Assembly (NCBI GenBank): GCA_964629195.1
Contig: CAZVPV010000004.1
Coordinates: 4,853 to 68,852 of the forward strand
Length of the DNA stretch: 64,000 nucleotides
Direction of reading: 5' to 3'
DNA from: an uncultured Candidatus Saccharibacteria bacterium
GTDB lineage: Bacteria > Patescibacteriota > Saccharimonadia > Saccharimonadales > Saccharimonadaceae
Shown here piece after piece: positions 1-9,649 of the stretch. The position numbers and the translations under genes are program-made. The notes under the pieces were generated by a model. It searched no databases and was not told where the DNA came from. It saw only the letters and a list, made by a program, of their open reading frames with translations. The number at the start of each line of letters is the position of its first letter. The first letter of the stretch is position 1.

Positions 1-1
1 A

Positions 2-811
2 AAAATTGAGCAAAATACCGAGGAATGGGTGGAGTTTAGGAAAGGCAAATCCGGCGGGAGCGAGTTTAAGGACTTATGGATTCCCGGTCTACCGCTCAAG
101 TCAAGGATTGTAGAATATCTAGAAAAAGATGGGCGGAAACTAACGCCAGAGGATAAGCGGAGCAAAGTTGAGGATCTCGCCGCTATGCTTGAGCCGGAAG
201 AACTGGCTGAGCTCAAGCTTGAGGCTGATCCTAAACGCAAATACTATGAGCTGATTGATAGCGAAGTGGCAAGACCAATTACGCCGAATGACTATGCTGA
301 TAGGATACCAAATATCAGCCAGTTATCAAAAGCCGAGTTCATGATGGTGCGAGGTCATCTGCTAGAAAATGATGCCTTGGATGAGTTTGCTGAACGATAT
401 GGACATCCAGAAGATTTTCTCATCGATAAGGAGCCAGGTGTCTGGGTATCAGATGATAATCCAAATATCTACATCTCGCCAGACGGAGCCGTGGAAAATC
501 ACAACGGTGATATTCTGGCAGCGATTGAAGTTAAATGCCTAGCGAGTTGGGAAGTAATCAAAGCGTACCTCACAAATGAGTATCCGCAAGAATATGAGCC
601 CCAAGTAGTCAAATACTTTGTTGTAAATGAAAAATTGGAGAAATTATACTTCCTACTCTACACCGATTTGATTCCGGGGCTTGAGTTGCAGGTCTTTGAA
701 ATTAAGCGTGAGGATGTGGCTGATAGGATTGCCGATGCGAAAGCTTTTGAGGGCGCAATTATGGAACGTATTTCGGCAGATATAGAAAAGATTAAGGGAT
801 TAGGATTTTAG
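2..811 (+). CDS. YqaJ/lambda-Exo-type recombination exonuclease (N-terminus outside window)
   Basis: The frame is open from position 2 with no stop. It has an EEWxEFRKGK N-terminal segment and an ISPDG..AAIEVKC PD-(D/E)XK-like core typical of the YqaJ family. Confidence 0.7.
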   Translation, partial: KIEQNTEEWVEFRKGKSGGSEFKDLWIPGLPLKSRIVEYLEKDGRKLTPEDKRSKVEDLAAMLEPEELAELKLEADPKRKYYELIDSEVARPITPNDYADRIPNISQLSKAEFMMVRGHLLENDALDEFAERYGHPEDFLIDKEPGVWVSDDNPNIYISPDGAVENHNGDILAAIEVKCLASWEVIKAYLTNEYPQEYEPQVVKYFVVNEKLEKLYFLLYTDLIPGLELQVFEIKREDVADRIADAKAFEGAIMERISADIEKIKGLGF

Positions 812-815
812 GAAG

Positions 816-986
816 ATGGAGCTGAGATATAAGGACGGTGTCAGATATATGGTCGCAACGGAAAGCGATGGGCATGCTGGTTTTATGATTTTTGCCGTGC
901 CGATGGACGAGGCGATGGGGGCTGAATTTTGTATGCACTATCGTTCCCTAGCCGAGCTTAATGCGGAATGGGAAGACATAGATTAA
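816..986 (+). CDS. small hypothetical phage protein (56 aa, below ORF-track cutoff)
   Basis: ATG lies 5 nt after the previous stop with AGGAAG just upstream. The ORF fills a 196-nt gap in a tightly packed operon. Confidence 0.35.
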   Translation: MELRYKDGVRYMVATESDGHAGFMIFAVPMDEAMGAEFCMHYRSLAELNAEWEDID

Positions 987-1007
987 GGCAAAAATAAGGA
1001 GGTAGAA

Positions 1008-1196
1008 ATGCGTAGGTGGGTATATAAGGCAATTGAAATAGTGGGGACACTGCTAGTGGTATTTGTGGTGATTCTAGGCAATCTAGGCGTCGCAGTACTG
1101 ACGGAATTTGGCGTATTGCCGGACGTGGCATGGTTAGCGGCGGGGTTGCTTGACCTATTCATGGCGGGCGTGCTGGTCGTGATGTGGAAATATTAG
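1008..1196 (+). CDS. small membrane protein (62 aa, two TM helices)
   Basis: AAGGAGG RBS 6 nt upstream of ATG; hydrophobic sequence. Confidence 0.6.
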   Translation: MRRWVYKAIEIVGTLLVVFVVILGNLGVAVLTEFGVLPDVAWLAAGLLDLFMAGVLVVMWKY

Positions 1197-1358
1197 GAAC
1201 GTGGTGTCGCCGCGAATGATCGGCGGCTAAGTGGGCAAAAGCTATCTGGGTTCGCAGTTCACAGAATAAGCCGAACAGCCACGGGTTTCCTAACTTTTAT
1301 GCCCTGCCTCGACAATTTGCGAGACGAGGTGGGGCGCTAAGGATATAAGGAGGAAGGA

Positions 1359-1973
1359 ATGAAAAGATATAAATTGAAGAAAGATTTACCAACGTTCAAG
1401 GTGGGGCAGGAGTGTTGGCTAGATCTTGATGGTCAACTTCTTACTCGGACAGAAGAAGGCAAGATTATCCTGGTGTATAACACAATAGAAATGAAGAAAT
1501 TCCCCAAAATCCTCACCGACTGGTTCGAGGAAATCCCAGAGCAACCGAAGACGGTGTGGGATTTGAAAGGGAGAGACAAATATTACTCTATTGCTAGCGA
1601 TGGTTTTATCACGACTGAAATTTGTAAACTTGAGACACAATATGAAGATGGTCAACGAATCGCTCTTGGTAATGCGTTTCTAACTAGAGAAGAAGCCGAA
1701 AAAGAACTCGCTCGTCGCAGAGCTAAGGTAATTCTTGAGCGAGATACGAAAGGTTTTAAGCCAGATTGGACCGATGAATCGCAAGATAGATTTTGCGTCT
1801 CTTTCTATTTGTTTTGTGGGAACAGGACTAAAGGTCATTTAGGGCACCTGCAAGTAGAAAATGCAAAATGGTCAATTACCAGAGAAATCTATTTCGCCAG
1901 TCAAGCAGATGCCGAAGCCTCTGTCAAGGCTCATCCTGAAGAATGGAAAACATATTTGGGGGTGGAGGAGTAA
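1359..1973 (+). CDS. hypothetical phage protein (204 aa)
   Basis: AAGGAGGAAGGA RBS; no recognisable motif. Confidence 0.7.
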   Translation: MKRYKLKKDLPTFKVGQECWLDLDGQLLTRTEEGKIILVYNTIEMKKFPKILTDWFEEIPEQPKTVWDLKGRDKYYSIASDGFITTEICKLETQYEDGQRIALGNAFLTREEAEKELARRRAKVILERDTKGFKPDWTDESQDRFCVSFYLFCGNRTKGHLGHLQVENAKWSITREIYFASQADAEASVKAHPEEWKTYLGVEE

Positions 1974-1975
1974 AG

Positions 1976-2221
1976 ATGATTGACCCACTAGACCACCCAT
2001 TCATATCCCTATTGGTGATTACAACCATAGTGCTAGGACTGCTCTTCGGATTTAGTGCTCTAATCTATTATGCTGGAGGAAACGATAACCCCTACAACTA
2101 TCAATATACTGATATTGATGGTAATGAAGGGTATGCATACTGGTGCAATCACGATAAAAATCTCAACTGTTATACAAATGGAGGTTATGTACAAGTAAAG
2201 GAGTTCCACAAAAATGATTGA
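1976..2221 (+). CDS. small membrane protein (81 aa)
   Basis: GGAGGAG RBS precedes ATG 1976, whereas the track start at 1943 has no RBS. One TM helix. Confidence 0.55.
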   Translation: MIDPLDHPFISLLVITTIVLGLLFGFSALIYYAGGNDNPYNYQYTDIDGNEGYAYWCNHDKNLNCYTNGGYVQVKEFHKND

Positions 2222-2420
2222 CGAAGAAACATACCGTCGCCAGCAACAAGCAAAACAAGGTCGTCGCAAGATTCGACAGAAAGGCACTAATGATGATTTC
2301 GCCCTTGCTGTCGGAACTAACATAGGTGGACGCTTTATGTACACATTTCTTGAAGGTGAGCGTAAAGGAGAAATCCTTTGGGAAGAACAGGTAGAATTTA
2401 AGCCGAAAGGAAGAAAATGA
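2214..2420 (+). CDS. hypothetical phage protein (68 aa, basic)
   Basis: AAAGGAG about 10 nt upstream; overlaps neighbouring genes. Confidence 0.55.
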   Translation: MIDEETYRRQQQAKQGRRKIRQKGTNDDFALAVGTNIGGRFMYTFLEGERKGEILWEEQVEFKPKGRK

Positions 2421-2716
2421 AAAACACAGTCAGTAAACTGCAAATCGCTCAAGCCAAAGAATGCGGACAGAGGGTAGATAGATACGCAAAGGGTCTTGAG
2501 ACGGTTATTAGTCTGTGCGAACTGATCAAGCCTCTGGCTCAGTATAATAAACTGCCAGAAGACTTTAAGATAACGCACAAGAAGGATATGAAGGCCATTA
2601 TACTTGATCTCAAGGCTATGAAAGATGATGCCTGTGCGCTGGCGGAGAATAAGTGGAATAGAATGAAAGAGCTAGAGGTAAAAAGAGATACGCAGCTAAA
2701 TGGAGGAGCAAAATGA
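2417..2716 (+). CDS. hypothetical phage protein (99 aa)
   Basis: ATGA start/stop overlap with the upstream gene (translational coupling). Confidence 0.6.
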   Translation: MKNTVSKLQIAQAKECGQRVDRYAKGLETVISLCELIKPLAQYNKLPEDFKITHKKDMKAIILDLKAMKDDACALAENKWNRMKELEVKRDTQLNGGAK

Positions 2717-2979
2717 TTATCAAAAATACCGAAAAACAAGTCTTACAGAAATACTACGCCGAGCGAATTAAGAGTCGGGCTAGCAACCTGAAAGAGTTCA
2801 TCCAGCAAGACAAGCAGGATGTTCTGACTCAGACGTTGCGGGAGATTGAAACGGATGCGGAGCGAATTTGCACGCTACAAAGTGATTCTTTGAAGGACCT
2901 AGAGCAAGAACTAAAAGACCAAGGCCCGACTATGACCGCTAAAGATGCGGCGGAAACTGGAGGCAAAATCTATGGTTGA
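2713..2979 (+). CDS. hypothetical phage protein (88 aa, helical)
   Basis: ATGA overlap with the upstream gene. Confidence 0.6.
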   Translation: MIIKNTEKQVLQKYYAERIKSRASNLKEFIQQDKQDVLTQTLREIETDAERICTLQSDSLKDLEQELKDQGPTMTAKDAAETGGKIYG

Positions 2980-3361
2980 TTTTAATCCTATGCCTAAACG
3001 GTTTATGGTGTGGGATAAAGAGGATGATGCCTGGCTGTTCAATGGCAAGATATTCACTATTCAAGACCTAGTGAACGAATTTGGTCGTGTGCCTTTAATA
3101 TTTGAGACTTGCGAAGTTGTTCAATCCACCAACCTCTTTGACAAAGATGGCAAGGAGATTTTTGAGGGGAGTATTGTTGAAGACGAATTTAACGAGACGT
3201 TGGGGTATGTCTACTACGAATCCAAAGTTTGTGCTTGGCGGATTAAATTCAATGACAGCGAAGAAGATGATGGTTGGACACTTGAGAATAGTACTAATGT
3301 ACTGAAAAATATCGGTCACGTTCTTTCAAACCCAGAGTTATTGGAGGAGAAGAATGTGTAA
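2972..3361 (+). CDS. YopX-like phage protein (129 aa)
   Basis: GGAGG RBS before ATG 2972. The pattern MPKRFMVWDK..FEGSIV..LGYVYY resembles the YopX family. Confidence 0.55.
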   Translation: MVDFNPMPKRFMVWDKEDDAWLFNGKIFTIQDLVNEFGRVPLIFETCEVVQSTNLFDKDGKEIFEGSIVEDEFNETLGYVYYESKVCAWRIKFNDSEEDDGWTLENSTNVLKNIGHVLSNPELLEEKNV

Positions 3362-3554
3362 GCGTTGTGAAGCTATTACGGTTGCTACAAGCATGTGCGA
3401 AGCTTGGGATTTTCCTGGGGTGATCTATCTGACTTACTATGAGGAAGAAGATAAGAAAATACCAATGTATTGCCTTGGAACTGGCAAACCCCAATATGAC
3501 CAATGGATAGGGTATTGCCCATACTGTGGGCGGAAGTTGGAGGAGGGAGAATAA
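3354..3554 (+). CDS. zinc-ribbon protein (66 aa)
   Basis: Two CxxC pairs (CKRC ... CPYC). Confidence 0.6.
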   Translation: MCKRCEAITVATSMCEAWDFPGVIYLTYYEEEDKKIPMYCLGTGKPQYDQWIGYCPYCGRKLEEGE

Positions 3555-3784
3555 TGGCAGTTGCAGCGGCATTGATAATCATTGGGATAATTATAGGGTT
3601 TGTTGGGTTGGTGATATTTGGTTATGCTTACGAAGAGAAGGATTCGCTGTATAGCATATTGATCGGGCCTGCGCTTTGCCTGGTTGCTATTGCTATGGTT
3701 TTAGTCGGCGCGAACCGTATAGATACGCTTGAAGCTACAAATAATGAGAATAGCGCTGAGTGTATAGAGGAGGAAAATGAGTAA
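3554..3784 (+). CDS. small membrane protein (76 aa)
   Basis: GGAGGAGGGAG RBS with TAATG overlap; two TM helices. The track start at 3503 lacks an RBS. Confidence 0.55.
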   Translation: MAVAAALIIIGIIIGFVGLVIFGYAYEEKDSLYSILIGPALCLVAIAMVLVGANRIDTLEATNNENSAECIEEENE

Positions 3785-4163
3785 GTTATTCAATAAATTG
3801 CTAGACGCTAGAACCGATTTGCAACTTACCAAAAGAGTCGAGATTAAAGATGTCAAATATTACTTGCAAGAGGAATATGAGCGCGCTAAGGTTCGCGAAG
3901 AATATATCGATGAACTCGAGAAGAAAATTGATGATTGTCGACAGCTACAGCTCAAGTATGATGCGTTATTAATTGTTCAGGAGAATACTACGGAAAGAGT
4001 GAAGCGCCGAGAGGAGAAGATTGAAGAGCTTAAGGGAAAACTAAAGAAAGAACAGAAGAAGAATACTGAGCTTAAGGCTAAAATTACAGACATTCGGACT
4101 AACGCGAAACGCTTAGTGGCGGGAAGTAAGGCAAAAAATACATCAAAAAGGAGCAAGAAGTGA
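3777..4163 (+). CDS. coiled-coil protein (128 aa, Lys/Glu-rich)
   Basis: GAGGAGG RBS; heptad-like charged sequence. Confidence 0.6.
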   Translation: MSKLFNKLLDARTDLQLTKRVEIKDVKYYLQEEYERAKVREEYIDELEKKIDDCRQLQLKYDALLIVQENTTERVKRREEKIEELKGKLKKEQKKNTELKAKITDIRTNAKRLVAGSKAKNTSKRSKK

Positions 4164-4660
4164 GTAGAACACTAATCATCTGCGACATCGACGGAGTACT
4201 AGCCGATTGTTCGCATAGGTTGCATTATCTGGAGGAGAAGAATTATGAGACCTTCTATAGCAACAATGCTATGCTGGACGATAAGGTGATACAAGACGGT
4301 TTAAGTCTACTTTTTTCTCTACGGTATGGTAGTTGGTCGGCTGGCGAGCCTGTTCGAGCGGAAAACCCAGTAATCTTTTTGACTGGGAGACCGGCTCGGA
4401 CGCGTTCAATCACTCGAACTTGGATACAGCACTATGTTGGATATGCGATGTATACTTTGCCGCTACTGATGAGAGGAGATGGCGACTATCGGCCTTCACC
4501 GGTAGTGAAAACAGAACTTTTGCAGGCCGCGCTGCCTGATCGTGGTAAGAAATACGACAAGATTTATTTCATCGACGATGACCCAGAGAATGTCAAAGCA
4601 GTGTGCGAAGCGTTCCCGAAGATTACAGGGATAACGTTTGGAGCTAAACGGTTCAAATAA
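4160..4660 (+). CDS. HAD-superfamily phosphatase-like protein (166 aa)
   Basis: GTG start after AGGAG. HAD motifs are present: CDIDGV (I), LTGRP (II), K..YFIDDD (III/IV). Confidence 0.6.
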   Translation: MSRTLIICDIDGVLADCSHRLHYLEEKNYETFYSNNAMLDDKVIQDGLSLLFSLRYGSWSAGEPVRAENPVIFLTGRPARTRSITRTWIQHYVGYAMYTLPLLMRGDGDYRPSPVVKTELLQAALPDRGKKYDKIYFIDDDPENVKAVCEAFPKITGITFGAKRFK

Positions 4661-4676
4661 GAATAACGGAGGATTT

Positions 4677-4823
4677 ATGAGGGTACTATTAGAGTTCAAA
4701 GGTAAGCGGGTAGATATCAAGGACCCGATTAGCCTACGACAAAAACAAGAAGAGACGTCAGAGCATCTCAAGGAACTAATCTTTGAGGCGCTGGCAGTAG
4801 TGGATAAGATGGAGGAGAAATAA
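4677..4823 (+). CDS. small hypothetical protein (48 aa)
   Basis: GGAGG RBS before ATG 4677; the longer track ORF from 4638 has no RBS. Confidence 0.4.
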   Translation: MRVLLEFKGKRVDIKDPISLRQKQEETSEHLKELIFEALAVVDKMEEK

Positions 4824-4824
4824 T

Positions 4825-5184
4825 ATGGATAGTTGGGTTGAATTTATCGCTAATGGGGGCAGGATCAGGGTGCGTGTATGTAAAATTGTATATTTCGAAA
4901 CTATGCCCCTGGGCTACACGAAACTTGGGCTAGAGCTTGGTAGTGATAGATATAAAGAGATTGTAGTTTCTGAGGAACCTAATCAGGTTGAGAAGAAGAT
5001 TGCGGAAGCTCGGAAGATAGGTCTGAAGAGTTCGGCGGTGGAGTGTTTTACTAGAGAAGAGTATGACTATTTATTGCGGCTCGTGGACAGAGATGGCTCA
5101 AGACCACCAGAATCATACCAGGGAGTACAGATGTTCCGTAAGGTTAGAAGTAAATTAACCAAAATCCTAAAGGAGGAGAAATAA
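4825..5184 (+). CDS. hypothetical phage protein (119 aa)
   Basis: GGAGGAG RBS. Confidence 0.6.
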   Translation: MDSWVEFIANGGRIRVRVCKIVYFETMPLGYTKLGLELGSDRYKEIVVSEEPNQVEKKIAEARKIGLKSSAVECFTREEYDYLLRLVDRDGSRPPESYQGVQMFRKVRSKLTKILKEEK

Positions 5185-5285
5185 TGGACTGGATGTCGTT
5201 TTTTATGGGGGTGTTTGCAGGGACGTTTGGGACGACGGTGGCAATTTGTTTTGTAAGTGGTATGTTGAGTAGATTTGGAGATTAA
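5184..5285 (+). CDS. 33-aa hydrophobic peptide (below ORF-track cutoff)
   Basis: AGGAGGAG RBS with TAATG overlap. The sequence MDWMSFFMGVFAGTFGTTVAICFVSGML forms a single TM helix. Confidence 0.3.
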   Translation: MDWMSFFMGVFAGTFGTTVAICFVSGMLSRFGD

Positions 5286-5290
5286 GGATT

Positions 5291-5719
5291 ATGACGAAAA
5301 ATTACACACCTACAAAAAGATTCGCACCTAAGCAAATCGATTTTGCGATGCGCTATTACATTCCAACTTCTCCTACTTATGGAAATGCACTACAATCAGC
5401 GCTTAAAGCTGGCTACTCGCAAGAATATGCAGAAAATATTACAACTTTCAACCTTGAGTGGATGGAGAAAATTATATCGGAAATTATTGGAAAGCCAGAT
5501 GATAAGCAAAGCCTCGTGATTAAAGCGAAAAAGGTGTTAGGTAAGTCGCTGGACTCTCCGGATGAAAGGTTAGCGCAGGATACAGCTAAGTTTATTGCTA
5601 AGACCGACCCGGAGTTTAGCGAAAAGCAAGACATCACAAGTAATGGAGAAACCTTGGAGACGGTGAAGATTACTTTGGTGGACGCAGGCAATAAGAAATT
5701 AGGCAAAACTCGGAAATGA
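5291..5719 (+). CDS. terS: terminase small subunit
   Basis: Lies immediately upstream of terL with an ATGA overlap. The N-terminal HTH-like region resembles Terminase_2-type small subunits. Confidence 0.65.
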   Translation: MTKNYTPTKRFAPKQIDFAMRYYIPTSPTYGNALQSALKAGYSQEYAENITTFNLEWMEKIISEIIGKPDDKQSLVIKAKKVLGKSLDSPDERLAQDTAKFIAKTDPEFSEKQDITSNGETLETVKITLVDAGNKKLGKTRK

Positions 5720-7002
5720 ACGAAATAGAGATTAGAATACCCAAGCAATTCGAAGCGTTGTTCGAAACAAAGTATCGACATCTTGTGTATTATGGCGGGA
5801 GGAGTGCGGCGAAGTCATATACGATTTGTCTGTTTTTGTTGCTCAAAATGCTTGAACGGAAGTGTTTGGTTCTATGCGTGCGCGAGGTTCAGAATAGCAT
5901 CGAGGATTCAGTTCATCGCTTAATGCAAAGCATTATAAGCGAATACCAGTTCCCTAATTTTGAAATAACGAAGACATCTATACGCAATAGAAAAACTGGT
6001 GCGGAAGCGATTTTTAAGGGACTTAAACGTGAAACGGCTGACAGTCTCAAGTCGATCCCTGATGTGGATTTTGTTTTTGTGGAAGAAGCGCAACGCGTTA
6101 GCAAAAAGTCGATTGAAATTCTCGTGCCGACTATTCGCAAAAAGGGCAGCCAGATTATTTGGGCGTTTAACCCTGATACGCCGAATGACCCCGTGATGAC
6201 GGAGATCGTGAATAAGGCCGACGATAAGACTTTCGTTTGCAAAATCAACTCTGAAGATGTTGAAGAGTTTTTGAGCGAGACTGTGATTGCTGACCGTGAA
6301 AAGATGAAACATGAAGATTATGGGCAATATTTGCATGTCTGGATGGGCGAGCCGCGCACACAAGCACAGGGTAGCATCTACGCTGAATACGTAGGTAGAG
6401 CAATAGAGGAAGGGCGAATTAGTGCACATGTAGCATATGATAGCGGAGCGCCAGTTTTCACGGCATGGGACTTAGGGATTAGCGATACTACGGCTATTAT
6501 TTTTGCTCAAAAAGTTGGCAATGAAATCCATATTATTGATTACTACGAAGATTCTGGGCGAGCTTTAAGTGGCTACATTGATGCGGTTAAACAAAAACCT
6601 TATTCCTACGAAACTTATTTTCTGCCTCATGACGCAAAAGCGAGAGAGCTTCAAACTGGCAAAACACGTGAGGATTTCTTCCGTGATATGGGGATCTATA
6701 ATACAACAGTTCTGAAAGTAGGGAGCGTGGAAGACGGGATTAACGCTGTCAGGAACGCGATGAGTCGGGTCTGGATTAACAGCGAAAAATGTGAACGTCT
6801 CATCAAATGTTTGAAGGAATATCATTATGAATGGGACGAGAAAAACCAGATGCTACACAAAACACCACGCCACGATTGGACGAGCCATGCGTGCGACGCA
6901 ATGAGGTATCTAATCGCTGGGTTAAACTCATGGCAGTCTGGGAATAGCAATACAATCAAGGTGCACGTCAATCGGCGTGGTATTAATCATATTATCGGTT
7001 AG
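5716..7002 (+). CDS. terL: terminase large subunit (PBSX/Terminase_3-like, 428 aa)
   Basis: Walker A-like YGGRSAAKS, a Walker B-like VFVEE segment, and a C-terminal nuclease region with acidic residues. Confidence 0.9.
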   Translation: MNEIEIRIPKQFEALFETKYRHLVYYGGRSAAKSYTICLFLLLKMLERKCLVLCVREVQNSIEDSVHRLMQSIISEYQFPNFEITKTSIRNRKTGAEAIFKGLKRETADSLKSIPDVDFVFVEEAQRVSKKSIEILVPTIRKKGSQIIWAFNPDTPNDPVMTEIVNKADDKTFVCKINSEDVEEFLSETVIADREKMKHEDYGQYLHVWMGEPRTQAQGSIYAEYVGRAIEEGRISAHVAYDSGAPVFTAWDLGISDTTAIIFAQKVGNEIHIIDYYEDSGRALSGYIDAVKQKPYSYETYFLPHDAKARELQTGKTREDFFRDMGIYNTTVLKVGSVEDGINAVRNAMSRVWINSEKCERLIKCLKEYHYEWDEKNQMLHKTPRHDWTSHACDAMRYLIAGLNSWQSGNSNTIKVHVNRRGINHIIG

Positions 7003-7010
7003 GAGGTAAG

Positions 7011-7304
7011 ATGAAAAATTTTGGTGATCGATTTGGCAAAATTACAGAGACAAAAATTGACGGGAATAAGACGGAAATCGTACAAAAGAATGTCGTTAAG
7101 GGTGAAGTGAAATTGCCGCTTCGTCGACGTTATGAAGAACGGTTCAGGGTACGGGATCAGAAGGAAGAATTGGAGCTATACCTCGAGTTTAGCGACGAGC
7201 TAAAGAAGGATCATTCCATGCTGGATCCAGTCTGGCGGGTCGAGCGTATAGCTAAAAGTACTGATTACTATGTCATAAAATGCTACACGAAGCTTGAATA
7301 TTAA
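7011..7304 (+). CDS. hypothetical phage protein (97 aa)
   Basis: AGGAGG RBS. Confidence 0.55.
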   Translation: MKNFGDRFGKITETKIDGNKTEIVQKNVVKGEVKLPLRRRYEERFRVRDQKEELELYLEFSDELKKDHSMLDPVWRVERIAKSTDYYVIKCYTKLEY

Positions 7305-7378
7305 AAATAATGTGCTAGAATAAGCTAAAGCGGTTCATCTAAAAAGTAGGAGCGCCGTACTACACACGGAAGTGCTAG

Positions 7379-9232
7379 ATGAACCATTTCATTACAGAAG
7401 AAAATCTTTGGGTAAAGTACCAGTCGGCAAAAGAATGGACCGAAAAATGGTCTCAGCATTTTGATGAGTACGAACGAATTGCCAGAAATGAAGCACCGTC
7501 AGATGTGCCAAAACGGTATGCGAATGTTAGCGACGGTACCACAGCGGCTTTGATACGTAAAACTCCGAAACGTGTAATTCAAAAATTGCCTACCGGCACA
7601 ATTACTTCGGATGACGACAGTGATTGGCTACCAATTGTGGCAGAATTTATTCTACTCAACAAGATTTTGCCATACGCAAATTCTGACTATGACTTGATTC
7701 AGAAATTCTGGACTACGCTCGAAAATGGTCTAACTTTTGGCGGACAAGCAGTCTATACTCCGTTCGTGGAGAAGAATGGTGAGTTTACGACTGATATGGT
7801 GCCGGTTTATTATGGAGATATATTCTTCCAGGAGGGCAAGAAGTCGCTCTATTCTTGTGATTATGTATTCATGCGGTCTTGGTGGCAACCAGAAACAATC
7901 GAGCAGATCATCACTGGCGAGCGCGAACTGGCGAAAACTGCCAAGGCAAACGGCGAAAAGTATGAGTATTCGTGGAATATTAAGGCTTTGGAGAAAATTC
8001 GCAGCAGTGTGGTCCAAAAAGACGAGCAGGCGAAGACCGCAAGCGAAGAGGCTAACAACATAACCAGCGGTGGTATCGAGATTGTGGCTTGTTTCCAGAA
8101 AGGTGTTGGCGCAATGTTCTACGTTGGTAGCCCAGCGGGCGAGGACAAGGCAGGCGCAATTATTAGACGCAAGAAAAACAAAGACCCGCGAGGAGCAATC
8201 CCGATTGATTATTTCTACGCTGATGTTGACGGGAGCAATCCGTTCGGGCGTTCAATCGTTGAACTAGTAGGTGGAATGCAAAATATGCTCGACGGGGATA
8301 TGCGCGCATATAAATTCAACCGTGCGCTTGGTCTTGCGCCGCCGCTCAAAGTGTTTGGCAACGTTGATACTTCACAATCGTTCTATGAGGCGGACGCGTT
8401 GATCGAAATGGGCTCAGACCCGCACAATAACGTTGAGCCACTCAGCGTTGACACGACGGCAATTCGGGATTATGCAAATATCTATGGGCTAAACAAGAGC
8501 CAATTACTCAATCTTTTCAATTCTGGTGGAGATACGAGCATTGGAAGTGAGGTTGGTAATCCAGGTTGGGGTAAGACACCAGCAGCTTTGAAACAGCAAA
8601 AAGAAATAATGAGCACGGACGATAACTACCTGCGCAAGAATTTCGAATCGTTCTTCGAGAACTGGGCGGAAACGGCTGTGAATGTTTATTTTGCTGAGCG
8701 CGAAGGGGTTGAAGAATTGCAGCTTGACCAAAAGACCGCCGACCGTTTGCGTGAACTGGAGCGCGAGGACAAGCTCAAACAAGGCTTTGTGAACGATAAT
8801 AATGTGATTAAAATCAACTATTCAAGTGCGACGCCGGCGCTACATTTTCGCGTCGACGCTTCGACTAGCAAGCTAAACGGTCAATCTGAACAGCTAGAAT
8901 CGCTACAGCTATTGCTACAAATTGCCGATAACCCAGTCTTAGCACGGCTAATCCCGACTAAAAACCTCGCCGCGGCTTGGAATAAAATTGTCACCAATTC
9001 CGGCGTGGAAGACCCCGAAGATTTAACAATTGACCTGAATGAATTTGACAAGCAGCAGAATACAGAAGACGCAGCAATGGTCGGAGCGGACGAAGAGCAG
9101 ATGATTATAAATGTTTTGCGTGAGCGTGGAGTACCGGATGAAGTAATTCAGCAGGCACTTGAGGCTGCGAGAGAGGGTATGCCGGGGGAAGAGATTTTAG
9201 AGAATATCGGGAGGTTGATGGATGGAAGGTAA
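7379..9232 (+). CDS. portal protein (617 aa)
   Basis: Size, position directly after terL and an acidic C-terminus. No motif-level proof. Confidence 0.65.
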   Translation: MNHFITEENLWVKYQSAKEWTEKWSQHFDEYERIARNEAPSDVPKRYANVSDGTTAALIRKTPKRVIQKLPTGTITSDDDSDWLPIVAEFILLNKILPYANSDYDLIQKFWTTLENGLTFGGQAVYTPFVEKNGEFTTDMVPVYYGDIFFQEGKKSLYSCDYVFMRSWWQPETIEQIITGERELAKTAKANGEKYEYSWNIKALEKIRSSVVQKDEQAKTASEEANNITSGGIEIVACFQKGVGAMFYVGSPAGEDKAGAIIRRKKNKDPRGAIPIDYFYADVDGSNPFGRSIVELVGGMQNMLDGDMRAYKFNRALGLAPPLKVFGNVDTSQSFYEADALIEMGSDPHNNVEPLSVDTTAIRDYANIYGLNKSQLLNLFNSGGDTSIGSEVGNPGWGKTPAALKQQKEIMSTDDNYLRKNFESFFENWAETAVNVYFAEREGVEELQLDQKTADRLRELEREDKLKQGFVNDNNVIKINYSSATPALHFRVDASTSKLNGQSEQLESLQLLLQIADNPVLARLIPTKNLAAAWNKIVTNSGVEDPEDLTIDLNEFDKQQNTEDAAMVGADEEQMIINVLRERGVPDEVIQQALEAAREGMPGEEILENIGRLMDGR

Positions 9233-9518
9233 TCTATACCAAAGGAGCAGCGAGAAGCTGATTGCACCGCCGCAGGCGCAAGAAGAGCGCAAGTTGAAAG
9301 CTAGAACAGACTACGCAAAAGAGCAGCCGATTCTAGCAAAAATCCTTGAGCGTTTGCACCAGAGAGTTGAGTTTTATACGAGTGTTGACTCGATTGAGTG
9401 TACCAACGATCCGGAGCGTTTTATGCATGAAGTTCAAGCAAATCAACGGGTTGTGGCGATTTTGCGCTCGGAAATTAGTGCAATAGAAAGGCTTAATAAG
9501 ATGTTCAATAAGAAATAA
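9222..9518 (+). CDS. hypothetical head-module protein (98 aa)
   Basis: GGGAGG RBS; overlaps the end of the portal gene. Confidence 0.55.
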   Translation: MEGNLYQRSSEKLIAPPQAQEERKLKARTDYAKEQPILAKILERLHQRVEFYTSVDSIECTNDPERFMHEVQANQRVVAILRSEISAIERLNKMFNKK

Positions 9519-9519
9519 T

Positions 9520-9563
9520 TGAGGTTGATTCTTGCCTACCATGAGGTTGATTCTTGCCTACCA
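9520..9563 (+). repeat. perfect tandem duplication, 2 x 22 bp (TGAGGTTGATTCTTGCCTACCA)
   Basis: Read directly: 9520-9541 is identical to 9542-9563. Confidence 0.95.
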
Positions 9564-9589
9564 CTTTGCCACCTGAGGTGGTAGGCAAG
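9553..9589 (+). promoter_or_regulatory. 12-bp perfect stem-loop (CTTGCCTACCAC / GTGGTAGGCAAG) overlapping repeat copy 2
   Basis: Perfect inverted repeat with a 13-nt loop and no U-tract. Function unknown. Confidence 0.6.
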
Positions 9590-9649
9590 GGTTAATCTCG
9601 ACCCGCGGGATCGCCACCCTGAAGAGGCGTAAAAATATAAGGAGATAGC

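Noticed and set aside
1197-1358. 160-nt ORF-free gap with two hairpins (1206-1227; 1307-1329) in the early region
   Set aside because: It has no convincing promoter hexamers or U-tract. It is probably just a spacer or weak regulatory element, and the evidence is insufficient to call an RNA.
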